From the NCBI GenBank assembly GCA_963827235.1, contig CAWHAE010000016.1, positions 896,001 through 960,000 of the forward strand: a stretch of DNA of 64,000 nucleotides, given 5' to 3'. This DNA comes from an uncultured bacterium (GTDB lineage: Bacteria > Chloroflexota > UBA5177 > JANWHV01). The translations under genes and the position numbers were made by a program. Under the pieces are notes generated by a model. It made no database searches and had not been told where the DNA came from. It worked only from the letters and a program-made list of their open reading frames with translations. The number at the start of each line of letters is the position of its first letter. The first letter of the stretch is position 1. Positions 31,086 to 41,594 of this stretch are shown piece after piece.

Positions 31086-33188
31086 TCATCGATCTTGTAT
31101 TGTCAACAGATATGGATAGTCGGTCGCCTGCAACACGACGTCCACGCCGGATCTGCTCCTCGCCGTAACGCTCACAGGCACGCTGCGGTTGTGCATCGGA
31201 TCGTACGCGCTGATCTCCGCGCCGGTGCCGTCCACACCTGCCAGACTGACGGTGAATCGCTCTGGAGCAAGGTCCCTCATGATATCGCGCGTCATGACGT
31301 AGTAAGGGATCACAAACCGATGGGGATTGACTTCGAACGGAAGGAAGGTGAAAACGTCCCTGTCGTAGAGGGTGGGATGCGCCGCGGAGCCATCACCCTG
31401 GAATACCGCGTGGTTGTGCGTGTCTGCCACGGATAGCACCTCTATCGGCCGGGTTTGCCTCACCTTCAGGTCCAGTGCCTGTCGCATCTTCTGTACAATG
31501 CGTGCCGTAACCATCAGTGCCGGCGTGGTGTAGGAGGCGTCATGCGTTGGGTATGTTGCGCCGGGCTTCGATGCCAGCGACAGGATGCTCGACGACAGGA
31601 GGCCGCTGTCCGGATGGACTGCCGCATAAATGTCGACCTGCGTTGCTCCCTTGGCCAGGAAGAAACAGTAGTACCGCGAATCTGCTTTTGCCTGGATATA
31701 GAGATCGCGGTCCACTGAAACCCGCGGCCAATCCTGACGTGCCTCCAGCCCAACCTCGGTGATCCACACCGGCGTCGGCACGACCTTGCCGCCTACCTTC
31801 CGTGCGAGCCGGCCGTGCGCGACACCGTCGATGGCGGTAGTGATCGGCGCCATGTCGCGGACGACGCTGTCGGTCCGCAGGTAGGTCGCGTAGAACTCAG
31901 GGAAGAATGCCGAGTAGGAGGGCTCATATGTCGACGTATCCCGTTGGCCCAGCGCGTTGAGATGAACCTTGCTCCAGGTGTCGATCACCGAGCGATCGAA
32001 CGCCATGAGCGGCGACGTGGAGCGCGGGTAGGTGATGCGCCGCTGGTAGAGATGCTTATCGACGGCCGTGATCTGTGCCGGCTCTGTTGAAGATGCAGGC
32101 CAGGGGATATTGCTGGCGATGCCATCGCCGATCTGCACGCCGTCGAATGCCGCCGCGTGGCCGGCAACATAGCGGGTGGTCGCCAGCAGCAGATTGCGAT
32201 AGATACTCTGCTCGTCATACTTGTATACGATGCGTCCATAGTAGTCATTGACGAACAAAAAGTGCGGGCTCTCGCTGAGCTCGTTCCATATCTCAAGGTC
32301 AAAGCCCTTGTCCTTGCTCGTGGCGGTACCGAGTACGTTCGTCATGAAGCTCACGACAGTGCGGACGTAGTGAAGCCAGCCAGACATCGTTCGATTGTAG
32401 TCCGCGCTGCCAGGCACTGAAAACGGTCGATACTTCAGCGTCGTCACCCTCAGAGCACTGCCCTCAGGAATCGCCGCTTTGAGCGGCTTGGCAAGCACGA
32501 TCGCATGGGACGACACTCTTGTGATCAGGTTTCCAGCGCCAAAGGGCGGCCATGATGTGTTCAACGTCGGCGGATAGGGAGCTGCGGCATAGGGACCGTC
32601 ACGTCCCGGAAGTCTCTCGTCTGGGGTATCCAGGCCGCTATAGCCCGCTTCAATACCCGTCGTGTCTACCAGGCTGATCGTGGTGTCACCCGCGTGGGCC
32701 CCCCGCGTGAGCGTCGACGTCGTGTAGCGTACCGGGCACGGCTGAGACTGATACGAGTAAAGCATGATCAGCGGGCGCAATCCATTGGCCTTGGCCGCCA
32801 GGAGCATGTGGGTCAGCGTGTTGGCGGAAGCTAAATGCTGTTCCTGCCAATCGAGGTCCCCCCACGGAATGAGTATCCGGGCGTGCCGGATGCCGTGAGT
32901 TCCCAACATCTTGAGCAGGAGATTCTGGTTCGACTGATCCTCGGTATCGAGATAGATGCCCAAGCCGTCGATGAACGTGGTGGCCGGCACGGTTTCGAGA
33001 TAGCCACGCCAAGGCTGAGCCCATTGTGAAGAGGCTCCGAACGGGACACTGGTCAGCTGCGCGGGATCGACGTACGGCGTGGGCTTGATGGAAGCACTAC
33101 GCGCGAGTGCCGTCGTCAATAGACACGAGACAAAGGCGGCCGCCAGAAGACGCACGGTCCATCTCTTGATCCCCGATGTGATCGACAT
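31086..33188 (-). CDS. Secreted clan GH-A-like glycoside hydrolase with an inserted beta domain
   Basis: Signal peptide; EIWNEL (acid/base), DKHLY, VWITEVG (nucleophile); TAGAAT -10 and GGAGAGG RBS upstream. Confidence 0.7.
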   Translation of the reverse strand: MSITSGIKRWTVRLLAAAFVSCLLTTALARSASIKPTPYVDPAQLTSVPFGASSQWAQPWRGYLETVPATTFIDGLGIYLDTEDQSNQNLLLKMLGTHGIRHARILIPWGDLDWQEQHLASANTLTHMLLAAKANGLRPLIMLYSYQSQPCPVRYTTSTLTRGAHAGDTTISLVDTTGIEAGYSGLDTPDERLPGRDGPYAAAPYPPTLNTSWPPFGAGNLITRVSSHAIVLAKPLKAAIPEGSALRVTTLKYRPFSVPGSADYNRTMSGWLHYVRTVVSFMTNVLGTATSKDKGFDLEIWNELSESPHFLFVNDYYGRIVYKYDEQSIYRNLLLATTRYVAGHAAAFDGVQIGDGIASNIPWPASSTEPAQITAVDKHLYQRRITYPRSTSPLMAFDRSVIDTWSKVHLNALGQRDTSTYEPSYSAFFPEFYATYLRTDSVVRDMAPITTAIDGVAHGRLARKVGGKVVPTPVWITEVGLEARQDWPRVSVDRDLYIQAKADSRYYCFFLAKGATQVDIYAAVHPDSGLLSSSILSLASKPGATYPTHDASYTTPALMVTARIVQKMRQALDLKVRQTRPIEVLSVADTHNHAVFQGDGSAAHPTLYDRDVFTFLPFEVNPHRFVIPYYVMTRDIMRDLAPERFTVSLAGVDGTGAEISAYDPMHNRSVPVSVTARSRSGVDVVLQATDYPYLLTIQDR

Positions 33189-33558
33189 GGTGCAAACCTC
33201 TCCAAGAGCATCGCAGTTCCTATTCTACACACCGAGCGCAACCGTGGGGTGTACGTACAACACAGCCGGCGTTGCGCCCAGCGATTGCGGGCAACACGGA
33301 TCATGGGTGATCCCGGAGGTCCACGATTCTCGAAGACGTCGCGCTGTAGTGGACCCGGCAGTCTCTCAGCACCATATCGGCACACGCTGGGTTGGCAAGA
33401 GCATCAAGGCCGTTGAGTCAGCGGAGGTGGCGGAGATCTGCATCACGACTTGGTGTTCCTTGGCCGAATTGGCTAGTGACCCGCCGGTGCAGCATGCTAC
33501 TATGTCTCTCAGTCAACGGTGTCGATGCTGGAGGAGGTCGGGTCTGCGGCACGAAGCG

Positions 33559-35631
33559 ATGGCATATCCTCCGGTCCCACCACCTGCGTCGAAGGATCAG
33601 TTCGAGTCGCGGCCCGGTCCTGCTGGGCGCCGGCACCGGCTACGCTGCCTGGGCTTGATCCTCCTGGTCTTTCTGGCGGCAGTGTGCGGCGCCGTCTGGT
33701 CATTGTGGCCGGCCTACAATGCGGCGCGAGATGCTCAACAGCAGGCAAGTGCTGTAGACCGGGCGTACACCGCGCTGTCGGGTCGCAGCGCTTCGGTCGC
33801 CGATCTGACCGCCCTGGACAGCCATGATGTGCAGCTTCTGAATGACATGCACACGCTTCAGAATGCCTGGGCCAGATGGCGAGGCGTAGGCCTGATGCTA
33901 AGCCAAGTGGATCCCTCACTGCACCGGCAGCTGGTCCAGGTGGATCCTCTGCTGGACTACGGGACGCACGTCGCGCAGGCAGTGCATCTTGCCCGACAGC
34001 CGCTCGAGCCGGTAGTCGCCACGGAATCGGGCGGGCGCCACTTCGACGGTCCCACGCTCGTTTCCGACCTCGCTTCGTCACGGTCAAGCATGCGCCGGGC
34101 GACGCAGCTGATTTCTGAGGCCTTGCAGGCGCGCAAGAGCATCGTGATGAAGGACTTGCCTGGCTGGGCTCAAAGGGACATTGCTCGCCTTGATCCTCTG
34201 CTCTCGAAGGCGCCGGACGATCTGCGGGCGGCGACGGCGCTTCCCGCGGCTTTGGGCTCGGACGGCGTTCGCAACTACCTGGTCATACCTCAGAACAGCC
34301 ACGACTTGCGGGCCACTGGGGGCTTCATCGGTACCGTCGCGATCCTTCAGCTCGATCACGGTCATGCCAAGCTCATCAAGTTGCAGGATTCATATGCGGT
34401 AGATAAGGGCCACCGTCCGGATGTAGACCAGCCGGCACCGCTGTTTGCGCACGGCTGGATTCCCTGGTACTTCCGCGATGCCAACTGGTCCGCCGACTTT
34501 CCCACGACTGCGAAGCTTCTGGAAGCGTTCTATCAGCTTGGCACGCAACAACGCGTCGATGGCGTGATTGCCTTCGATGACCAGCTTCTGCCGGGGTTGT
34601 TTGACGCGCTGGGACCCATTCATGTTCCGGGCTATAAGGAGACGCTGACTGCCGCCAACGCCTTCCAGCGACTGGACTATCAGGTCAACGCCGTGGGCAA
34701 GGGCGACAAGGCATTTGCCCTGGCTGCTTACAAGGCCGTGTTTGCCAAGTTGCTCGCGTTGCCGAAAGGCAGTGTCAGGGCTGTGCTCGACGACATTCGG
34801 ACGGGTATTAGTCAGCATCATATTGAGCTGTATGCCAACGACGCATCCGTGGACGACGCAATCTCCATCGCCAAAGCCGACGGCGCTATCGACCAGACGA
34901 GAGGTGACTACTTCTACCTGGTGGACACCAACACGAGCACGTTCAAGATCGCGCAGCTCATTGATCGCTCGATTACCTATGCGGCCGTGATTCAGCCCGA
35001 CCGCAGCGTTCTCGCCACGCTTACGATTCACTACACCAACCACGCGGACGCGGCGCACGTGTCCCCTCTCGAAGCTGGATCGAGATTCACAAGCATCGTG
35101 CGCGTTTTTGTTCCACTCGGAAGCACACTACTAGGGACAAGAGGCTTCGACCAGGCATGGCCGACCTTCACCGTCCATAACAAGACGCAGTTCACTGGCT
35201 ACTTCGGCATCAACGCTCAAAGCACGCACGACGTTGTGCTGCACTATCGCATTCCGGCAAACGCGGATCCCGGAGACAGTTACCACCTCACTATCCAAAA
35301 ACAGGCTGGAGTGGGCCCTGTTCCAGTGCGACTCGCCATATCGGCCGCTTCCGGCGTGCGACTCCATGCCGCCTCGCTGCCCGCGAAAGTGTTACTTGAC
35401 CAGGACGTGTCCCTTGTGACCTCGTTGACGGGCGGCACTCCGCATCTGCTGAAGCTGGTCTACTTATCTGAGCCGGCGGTCACCCCAGGATCGCACCCGG
35501 AACCGTGGGTCACCGTACCCGACGGGTGGGTGGGCTTGCCAGACTGGGCCGCCGTGCGTACCGGGACAGGCTGGTGTGTCTGGGGCACGCACAAGGTGTG
35601 CCACGCCACAGTCGTTGTCCATAAGTCGTGA
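33559..35631 (+). CDS. DUF4012-domain membrane-anchored protein
   Basis: N-terminal TM; RNYLVIPQNSHDLRATGGFIG, FRDANWSADFPTTA, VDGVIAFD, YHLTIQKQAG. Start uncertain. Confidence 0.85.
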   Translation: MAYPPVPPPASKDQFESRPGPAGRRHRLRCLGLILLVFLAAVCGAVWSLWPAYNAARDAQQQASAVDRAYTALSGRSASVADLTALDSHDVQLLNDMHTLQNAWARWRGVGLMLSQVDPSLHRQLVQVDPLLDYGTHVAQAVHLARQPLEPVVATESGGRHFDGPTLVSDLASSRSSMRRATQLISEALQARKSIVMKDLPGWAQRDIARLDPLLSKAPDDLRAATALPAALGSDGVRNYLVIPQNSHDLRATGGFIGTVAILQLDHGHAKLIKLQDSYAVDKGHRPDVDQPAPLFAHGWIPWYFRDANWSADFPTTAKLLEAFYQLGTQQRVDGVIAFDDQLLPGLFDALGPIHVPGYKETLTAANAFQRLDYQVNAVGKGDKAFALAAYKAVFAKLLALPKGSVRAVLDDIRTGISQHHIELYANDASVDDAISIAKADGAIDQTRGDYFYLVDTNTSTFKIAQLIDRSITYAAVIQPDRSVLATLTIHYTNHADAAHVSPLEAGSRFTSIVRVFVPLGSTLLGTRGFDQAWPTFTVHNKTQFTGYFGINAQSTHDVVLHYRIPANADPGDSYHLTIQKQAGVGPVPVRLAISAASGVRLHAASLPAKVLLDQDVSLVTSLTGGTPHLLKLVYLSEPAVTPGSHPEPWVTVPDGWVGLPDWAAVRTGTGWCVWGTHKVCHATVVVHKS

Positions 35632-35671
35632 CTGATTCACCCATCTGGTAAGCAAGGGGACTGACCCTCGC

Positions 35672-37670
35672 TCACTGAGCGTTGCGGACGAGGAGCAGGG
35701 CGTCCTGAGCGGGGATGGTGACGGAGGTGGCGGCGGCACCGCTGTTGGTGGAGGAGTCCTGTGTACCGGCGATGCGATGGAAGCTGGCGCCGAGGCTGAC
35801 GTTCTGGGCGCTGCTGGTGGCATTGAGGAGAACGGTGCCGTTGGTGAAGTCGCGGCGAAGGAAGTTGGTGGCCAGGGTGGTAGCGGCGCCGAGGGGCTGA
35901 CCGAGCCAGCCCTGACCAGCGCTGATCTGCGCTTGGGTCATGACCTTGCTCAGGGCGAGATGGGTGGCGGCGGTGGTACCGTTGTAGCCGCGCTGCACGG
36001 TGAGGGTATCGCCGCTGACGGCGGTGACGAGCATCTGCTCATCGTCCCAGCCGGTAGTGCCGTCGGGAACCTGGACGACGTTGCCGACAGCGAACTTGCT
36101 GCCGGTGCCGGCGGCGACGGTCAGGGTGGACGGGGAGGCACTGATGGCGGCAGGTAGGCTGCTGCCGGCACCGTCGTCATACTCGTCGTACCACCAGGTC
36201 TGGCCGTGCATCTGGTCGCCATAGTCGTAGGCGTAGTAGCCGTTGCCCATGAGAGCGATGCCGAGGTTGAAGCGCATCGTCTGCAGGTCCTGGGTGCCGG
36301 TATTGCCGGTATCCGGATTGGCAATGGTGTAGGGCTCTGAGCTGGATGGTCCGGCAAGACTCTGGTACAGGGCAAGGCCGGCCACGGCACCCCCCTGGCG
36401 GCCGGGGAAGGCCTCAAGCTCCTCGCCGCTGCTCGCGCCGGGGTAGTTGTCGCCGTTGCCGACAAGTATGGCGCTGCCGATGCGGGCGCGAGTGTTGCTG
36501 AAGAGGGAAGTCTCGCCCGTGGCCCAGCCGGTGCCGGAGGGCCCTTCACCACCATCGGCGACGTTATCGTTGTTGGCGTCCAGCTGGCCGTCGTCGAGGA
36601 AGGCCCAGCCGCTCGAGCCGACGCTGTCGAAGAAGATGCCGTCCCACGGCCCGGAGGAGAGCTGAGCCGCGGCGGTGGTGGCGAGGTAGGACTCCCAGGT
36701 ATTCCCTGCGGAGTCGGTGGGACAGTATGGGGTAATGTTGAGCATCCAGGAGCCGGGCCAGCCGGTGGCGTGCGCGGCGAGACGAGCTCCGGTGGCATGA
36801 GATGTGGCGGTGGAGTTGTAGCCGCGCTGGACGGTGAGCGTATTGCCGCTGACGGCGGTGACGTGCATGCTCTCGCCGTCGACCAGGATGTCGGGGTTGG
36901 AGGAGAGGTAGTTGGCGATGATGCTGCCGTTGGCCACGGAGACGGAGGTGCTGGAGGTGTCCAGCGGTGCGGTAAGCGTAGTACCGGCGAGTGTGAGCCA
37001 CCAGCCCGGATAGATGGTCAAGCCGTCGAAGCCGGGGACGTCGACGCTGGTGCTCTCGTAGTAGACGAGGGCCTTGGTCGCCGGGCTCTGCACCTTCAAG
37101 CTTTGCAGGGCGCCGCTGGAGGCAGTGGATGGCCCTGCGACGATCAGTCCGTAGCGCGAGAAGGCGGGCGCTTGCCCGCTGGAGGAATAGGCGAACAGGT
37201 TGGCGATACGAGGATAGGCCTGGACACCACCGGGCACGACGGTCGGTACGGCGGTCGCGGTGGATGACGCTCGTCTTCGTGGCCGTCGCGGTGGACGCCA
37301 CGCTCGTCTTGGCGGCAGTGGCAGTGGACGTCACGGCCGTATTCGTTGCGGTCGCGCTCGTCTTGGTGGCCGTAGCTGAGGGTGGATCAATAGTGCTCGT
37401 GGCGGTCGGCGGTACTGGAGTTCTCCTGCGTCTGGCGGCAGGCTGAATAGCGGCGGCCGCGGCAGGCGTTGGTGTGTCCGTCACCAGGGCGGTCGACGCC
37501 GTCACCGGGCCGGCCGGACGCACACTGGTGCTCGTTGCAACGGCCGGCATCGGCACCGCTGCTTCGGTGGAGGCGACCGACGCTCGCGCACGAATCGAAT
37601 GGACGTGGGACGGCGTAAGATAGCTGGCGGCCAGCATCAACACAGCAAGTACTGCAACCAAGCTTCGCAT
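35672..37670 (-). CDS. Secreted putative glycoside hydrolase (GHL15-like) with Thr-rich linker; one frameshift near 37265
   Basis: The signal peptide and Thr-rich linker from ATG 37670 join YPRIANLF...WDGIFFD...MRFNLGIALMGNGYYAYD...WWYDEYD if 2 nt are restored in a KTSVAST repeat. Confidence 0.7.
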
Positions 37671-37675
37671 GTGCT

Positions 37676-37772
37676 CGCACTCCTCGGCAGCCCGGCTAAC
37701 GTGCTCATCAGGTCCCGTCGCTCCGTGTCACCGCCTTGCGGCGGGATCACCTTCTTCGTGGAACGAGGCGAC
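37676..37772 (-). ncRNA. Candidate c-di-GMP-I-class riboswitch, GGC variant
   Basis: Minus strand reads aaGGUGAUC-ccgcc-GCAA-ggcgg-uGACACGGAGCgacgggacc...guuAGccgggcuGCcgaggag: GEMM architecture with a GNRA-capped P2, a covarying GU/AC pair, and P1 overlapping the RBS. Confidence 0.7.
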
Positions 37773-38294
37773 TTTCTGCGAACTGATCCTTGCCAGGCAA
37801 AGCCCCGCGTACCGGAAGATACGCTAGCGTTGCTCCACGAAGGCATGGAACGATTGTCGTGGCCGTATCACCCGGGGTGACACAGTCGGAAGTGGGTGGC
37901 CAATCTCGGCCGCCTAGGGCGAATCACTACGACAGGCGCCGATGGCGGCCGGTGCAATGCCCAGCCTGGCAAAGCCCGAGGAATAGTGTGTAGTCGCATT
38001 CACCGCTCAGCTCCCCTCGTTGTACAGACCAAACACCCATTGACTCGCCAGTCTAGGGAAGTGCGCCATCGATGACAAGATCCGAATGGATAGTGCTCAA
38101 CAAACTATCGGAAGGCGCCCCGCGCGGATCGACTGGGCAGGGCCCTGGACCCAGCACGAGATTGAGTCCAGCTGAAACTCGTACGCGCTTCAATAGGATA
38201 TCTAAGCAATTCGCGGGAGCAATGCGGAGTGGTACAAGCAGAGAGGAGGAACCGGATTCGAGCTTGTTAGCGCGTCCGTCGTGGCACCAGGCCA

Positions 38295-39398
38295 TCAGAA
38301 CAGCATGCGACTGGTCGGGTCCCAAGCGGTGGACCGCCAATCCTCGGTCACCTCTTCAGGCGGCAACCATGAAGGGAGCGGCAGCGCCAGATGACGGGAC
38401 AGTGCAAGCAGATACGGTTCATAGCTCTCACGGATCGCGCGCAACTGCCGAGCCATGGCCTCCTCCGCGGCTACCGCGGCGCCGAGCGCCGCCAAGCCGT
38501 CGCACACGAGCTTCAGCTGTTGCGCCGTGAGGCGTTCATCGTCTGTCGCGCGCGGTGGCGCGCGCAGCACCTGTGCCAGGTCGACGGCGAAGTGCCGGCC
38601 GATGGCATACGTCAGCTTGACAGGCCGATGATGCAGATCCGGTAACCCAGCGACGATCAGCGCGCAGGTATCCAGAATAGTAGTTAGCGCTGCTAGCCAG
38701 CTTTGATTATCGTGTTGTGAGCGGAAGTACGAGAGCATCGGGTAGGTAAGATGGCTCTCCATCAGGTCCGCCGCCCAGGCTTCCCAGTTCTTTATGTAGT
38801 CGATCAGTCCATCCCAGTCGTCGTCGATCCCGTAGCGGCGGATCAGCTCGCTGGCACTCGGTGGCGACCCGGCGCGGGCATCCAGCAGCGAGACCGCCAA
38901 CTCCCGGCGAGCAAACGCCTGATACAGCGCCGGCAGATAGCCTATCACCAGCGCCAGCACAGCAAAGCCGCCGGCCGCTTCCAGCATGGCAAGGGGCCGT
39001 GCCAGGCCGCCCCGCGGCACGATATCTCCGAGCCCGAGCGTGAGGAATGTGCTGGCGCTGAAGTACAGGTCGTCGCCAAGGCTGAGGCGCGTTTGGGCAC
39101 CGTAGCGCAGATATGACCCGGCTGCCCACTGTAGAAGCGCGAAGCCTATGACGAGGCCGAGAACCCAGACGGTCAGCAGCATCAGCAGAGCTAGCGGGCC
39201 GAACACGCCGAGTATGCCCTCACGCCGTCCCGGGAAAAGCCTGGCCAGTTCTTGCCAGGGGCGCCAGCCCGCGGTGTAGAGGAGGCGCGTCACACGCAGT
39301 CGACGTGTCACACGGCGTGGTAGCACGATGGTCTCGAAAATCTCGACCAATGTGCCGGCGATGAGTACGACACCAAGGAATCCGGCCAGGAGGTGCAT
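38295..39398 (-). CDS. Potassium-channel-family (Ion_trans_2) membrane protein
   Basis: LYFSASTFLTLGLGDIVP pore motif, multiple TMs, ESHLTYPMLSYFRS C-terminal motif. Confidence 0.85.
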   Translation of the reverse strand: MHLLAGFLGVVLIAGTLVEIFETIVLPRRVTRRLRVTRLLYTAGWRPWQELARLFPGRREGILGVFGPLALLMLLTVWVLGLVIGFALLQWAAGSYLRYGAQTRLSLGDDLYFSASTFLTLGLGDIVPRGGLARPLAMLEAAGGFAVLALVIGYLPALYQAFARRELAVSLLDARAGSPPSASELIRRYGIDDDWDGLIDYIKNWEAWAADLMESHLTYPMLSYFRSQHDNQSWLAALTTILDTCALIVAGLPDLHHRPVKLTYAIGRHFAVDLAQVLRAPPRATDDERLTAQQLKLVCDGLAALGAAVAAEEAMARQLRAIRESYEPYLLALSRHLALPLPSWLPPEEVTEDWRSTAWDPTSRMLF

Positions 39399-39545
39399 GC
39401 GATGCGTTCCAAAGGAATACAGGGTGAGGGATCGCTTGTGCCAACATGCAGTTGGCTCAGATGGAGGGCACGCTCCCATTCACAGGCGAGCGCGTTTGCC
39501 GCGTTGCCTGCTGTGCAACGTACGTCTGGTCCGACAGCACCGACA

Positions 39546-40025
39546 TCAGTCGGCTACAGCGGGTAGGTCCTGGTTCGGGTCAACTGGTGCGGCCTCATCG
39601 TATACGTCGGACATGGTCCCGCGAAGGCCGGCAAAGGCTGCTTCCAGCCGCTGCTCCATATGGCGCGCCGCGGCGCCATCGAGCAGCCCTTGATGCTCGG
39701 CACTGGCGAGAACATGCGCTACCACCCGGTTGAAGGATTCTTTCGTCGCGTGCCTGACGTCTCCCACGTGACGGAGGACAACTGCCAGGAAGTCATCGTA
39801 CGTGCGCGCGGATGCCACCTCCCGGGCGTGTAACTGCGAGACCTCTGCAAGATCGTCGAGCAGCCGCTGCCGCACCTTGTAACGAGGCTCAGGGAGACGC
39901 TCGACCAACGCGATCGTGCGACCAGGCGCCTCCCTGGACAGGAGGCCGTTGATGAGCTCCTCCTTGGTAGTCGGGAACCTCACGGTCGCCAGGAATGCTT
40001 CGACTTCCCGCTGCGTATCAGCCAT
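39546..40025 (-). CDS. DUF2795-like domain protein
   Basis: FLATVRFPTTKEELI...LVERLPEPRY; GGGAGG RBS before ATG 40025. Confidence 0.6.
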   Translation of the reverse strand: MADTQREVEAFLATVRFPTTKEELINGLLSREAPGRTIALVERLPEPRYKVRQRLLDDLAEVSQLHAREVASARTYDDFLAVVLRHVGDVRHATKESFNRVVAHVLASAEHQGLLDGAAARHMEQRLEAAFAGLRGTMSDVYDEAAPVDPNQDLPAVAD

Positions 40026-40085
40026 CCTCCCGCCCTTTCTCGTTCGTCGTTCGCTGGCTTTAGCGTGCCACACCTGGCGTTAGTG

Positions 40086-40301
40086 TCACTCCGACACCCA
40101 GACGCCACGTTCAACCGGCCCGCTCCACCAGCTCGCGACAAGCGCCGCGTACTCGTCCGCGCCATCCTGCCAGGTGACGTGTCCAGCGTCGATTATGTCG
40201 AGCTGGTTTTTGGGCAACCTCTCGTGGAAAGACTCGGCGTTGACCGACGGCACCGCCCTGTACCGTGCTCCGGAGATGATCTGCACTGGCGTCTCAATTC
40301 G
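40086..40301 (-). pseudogene. C-terminal fragment of an alpha/beta hydrolase
   Basis: RIETPVQIISGAR..AVPSVNAE..HERLPK..LDIIDAGH..W; no N-terminal part. Confidence 0.6.
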
Positions 40302-40302
40302 T

Positions 40303-40962
40303 TCAGTTTCCCGACGGCGAAGTAGACGGTCCGCGCACGTCCTCGGCGAGCTCGACGCTGTCCGCTTTGGTCTGGCCCATCACTTGCTCCTGTTCGGTAA
40401 CCGCGAGACTTTCCCAGGCGACGATGTCGTGCAGCCAATTCTGCACTAGGACCACGCTACTACCCTCGCCTGGCGATCCGCGCGGCACCACGGCAACCTC
40501 GGGCGCCTCAGCGAGGCTCGGATTCTCGGTCCCGTGAATGAAACCCGTCAGGTCGCGGTTCTCTTTGTACGTCCAGCCCGCGGTCTCGTCTGCGAGGATC
40601 GCGTTCGGGTCCAGGGCGGCAATGGCCGCACGAGAGGCGTCAAAGACCCTATCGTAGGCATGGCCGGCGACCCATAACCATAGGTCGCGCTGAGTTGCCG
40701 GCATCGAAGAGCCCTCTGCGCCCTGCAGATCCCGAGCGAAATCGGCTACTCCGACCGGTGCGTGGCCGGGTGCAATCTGCTGCCACAGGGAGGGGCGAAA
40801 TCCGACGACCAGGTTGACGCCGCCTGTGGTCGTCCGCGGCTCCCGGAGGTCGGCAACCGCCCGGACAAGGCCGGCAGGCGTCACGGTACCGCGGGGCGTG
40901 AACTCCAGATAGGCATGAGATCCTGTGCCCAAGGCGAAAATGCCGGACTGCGCGGTAGGCAT
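40303..40962 (-). pseudogene. Truncated DyP-type peroxidase
   Basis: VNLVVGFRPSLW, MPATQRDLWLW, RDLTGFIHGTENP (GxxDG with Asp->His). It ends before the proximal His and distal Arg region. Confidence 0.75.
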
Positions 40963-40989
40963 GCAACACTCTCCAAGCGGACTTCGGTG

Positions 40990-41235
40990 CACGCTGCTGC
41001 CCACCAGTGTCGCGGGTCCCATGCGGAACGGACCAGTGATCCGGTACAGGTCGGAGCTAGTTAGTCTATCGGGAAACACCTCCTATCCCTGGGCACGCAG
41101 GCTGAAGTACAGCAGCAAGACGCAGAAGATGTCGTAGCCGCCGCCTGCGCCGGCGATCAAGGTGCGCTCGGTGCCTGCCAGCTCGCCGAACCAGGGCAGT
41201 GACGCGAGACAGGGGTGCGCGGCGGCGGGTGGCAT
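40990..41235 (-). pseudogene. N-terminal remnant of a DUF1152-like protein with an in-frame TAG
   Basis: LPWFGELAGTERTLIAGAGGGYDIFC.L.LYFSLRAQG*EVF...SDLYRITG; TAG at 41083-41085. Confidence 0.6.
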
Positions 41236-41254
41236 GATCTGGGCTCACAGTCTG

Positions 41255-41533
41255 TCAGTGGCCGTGCACGTAATGCTGATCGTCATCTCTCCATCGCCCG
41301 GCAGAGTTCCAGTCTTGGCTCCTGGTGCGCCGGCCCCAGGGCACATATCGTCTGAAGATGAACAGCCCGCTGAACACGAACGAGGCGGCGAGGGTGAGGA
41401 GCAGGGCAACGAACGCTATCAGGCGGTGTTTCGCTGCTCGAGCCAGACGTTGTACGTTGCCTCTCTGTTGACGTATCCTCGTGCCGGGAGCTTCCAGGGA
41501 AGTCGCTGCGATAGTCATTGCGGCGTCCTGCAT
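41255..41533 (-). CDS. Small hypothetical membrane protein
   Basis: One hydrophobic stretch (LIAFVALLLTLAASFVFSGLFIF) flanked by Arg; no family recognised. Confidence 0.35.
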   Translation of the reverse strand: MQDAAMTIAATSLEAPGTRIRQQRGNVQRLARAAKHRLIAFVALLLTLAASFVFSGLFIFRRYVPWGRRTRSQDWNSAGRWRDDDQHYVHGH

Positions 41534-41594
41534 ACTACGTACTTCGTTCTCGTGCGTTCATGGTTGGCTTCATATGCCGCTCTCCTGCGCCTGC

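Noticed and set aside
40303-40962. Encapsulin cargo system
   Set aside because: The DyP is truncated before any targeting peptide and no encapsulin gene is present.
41083-41085. In-frame TAG as programmed read-through
   Set aside because: The surrounding gene is also truncated and degenerate, so a nonsense mutation is the simpler explanation.
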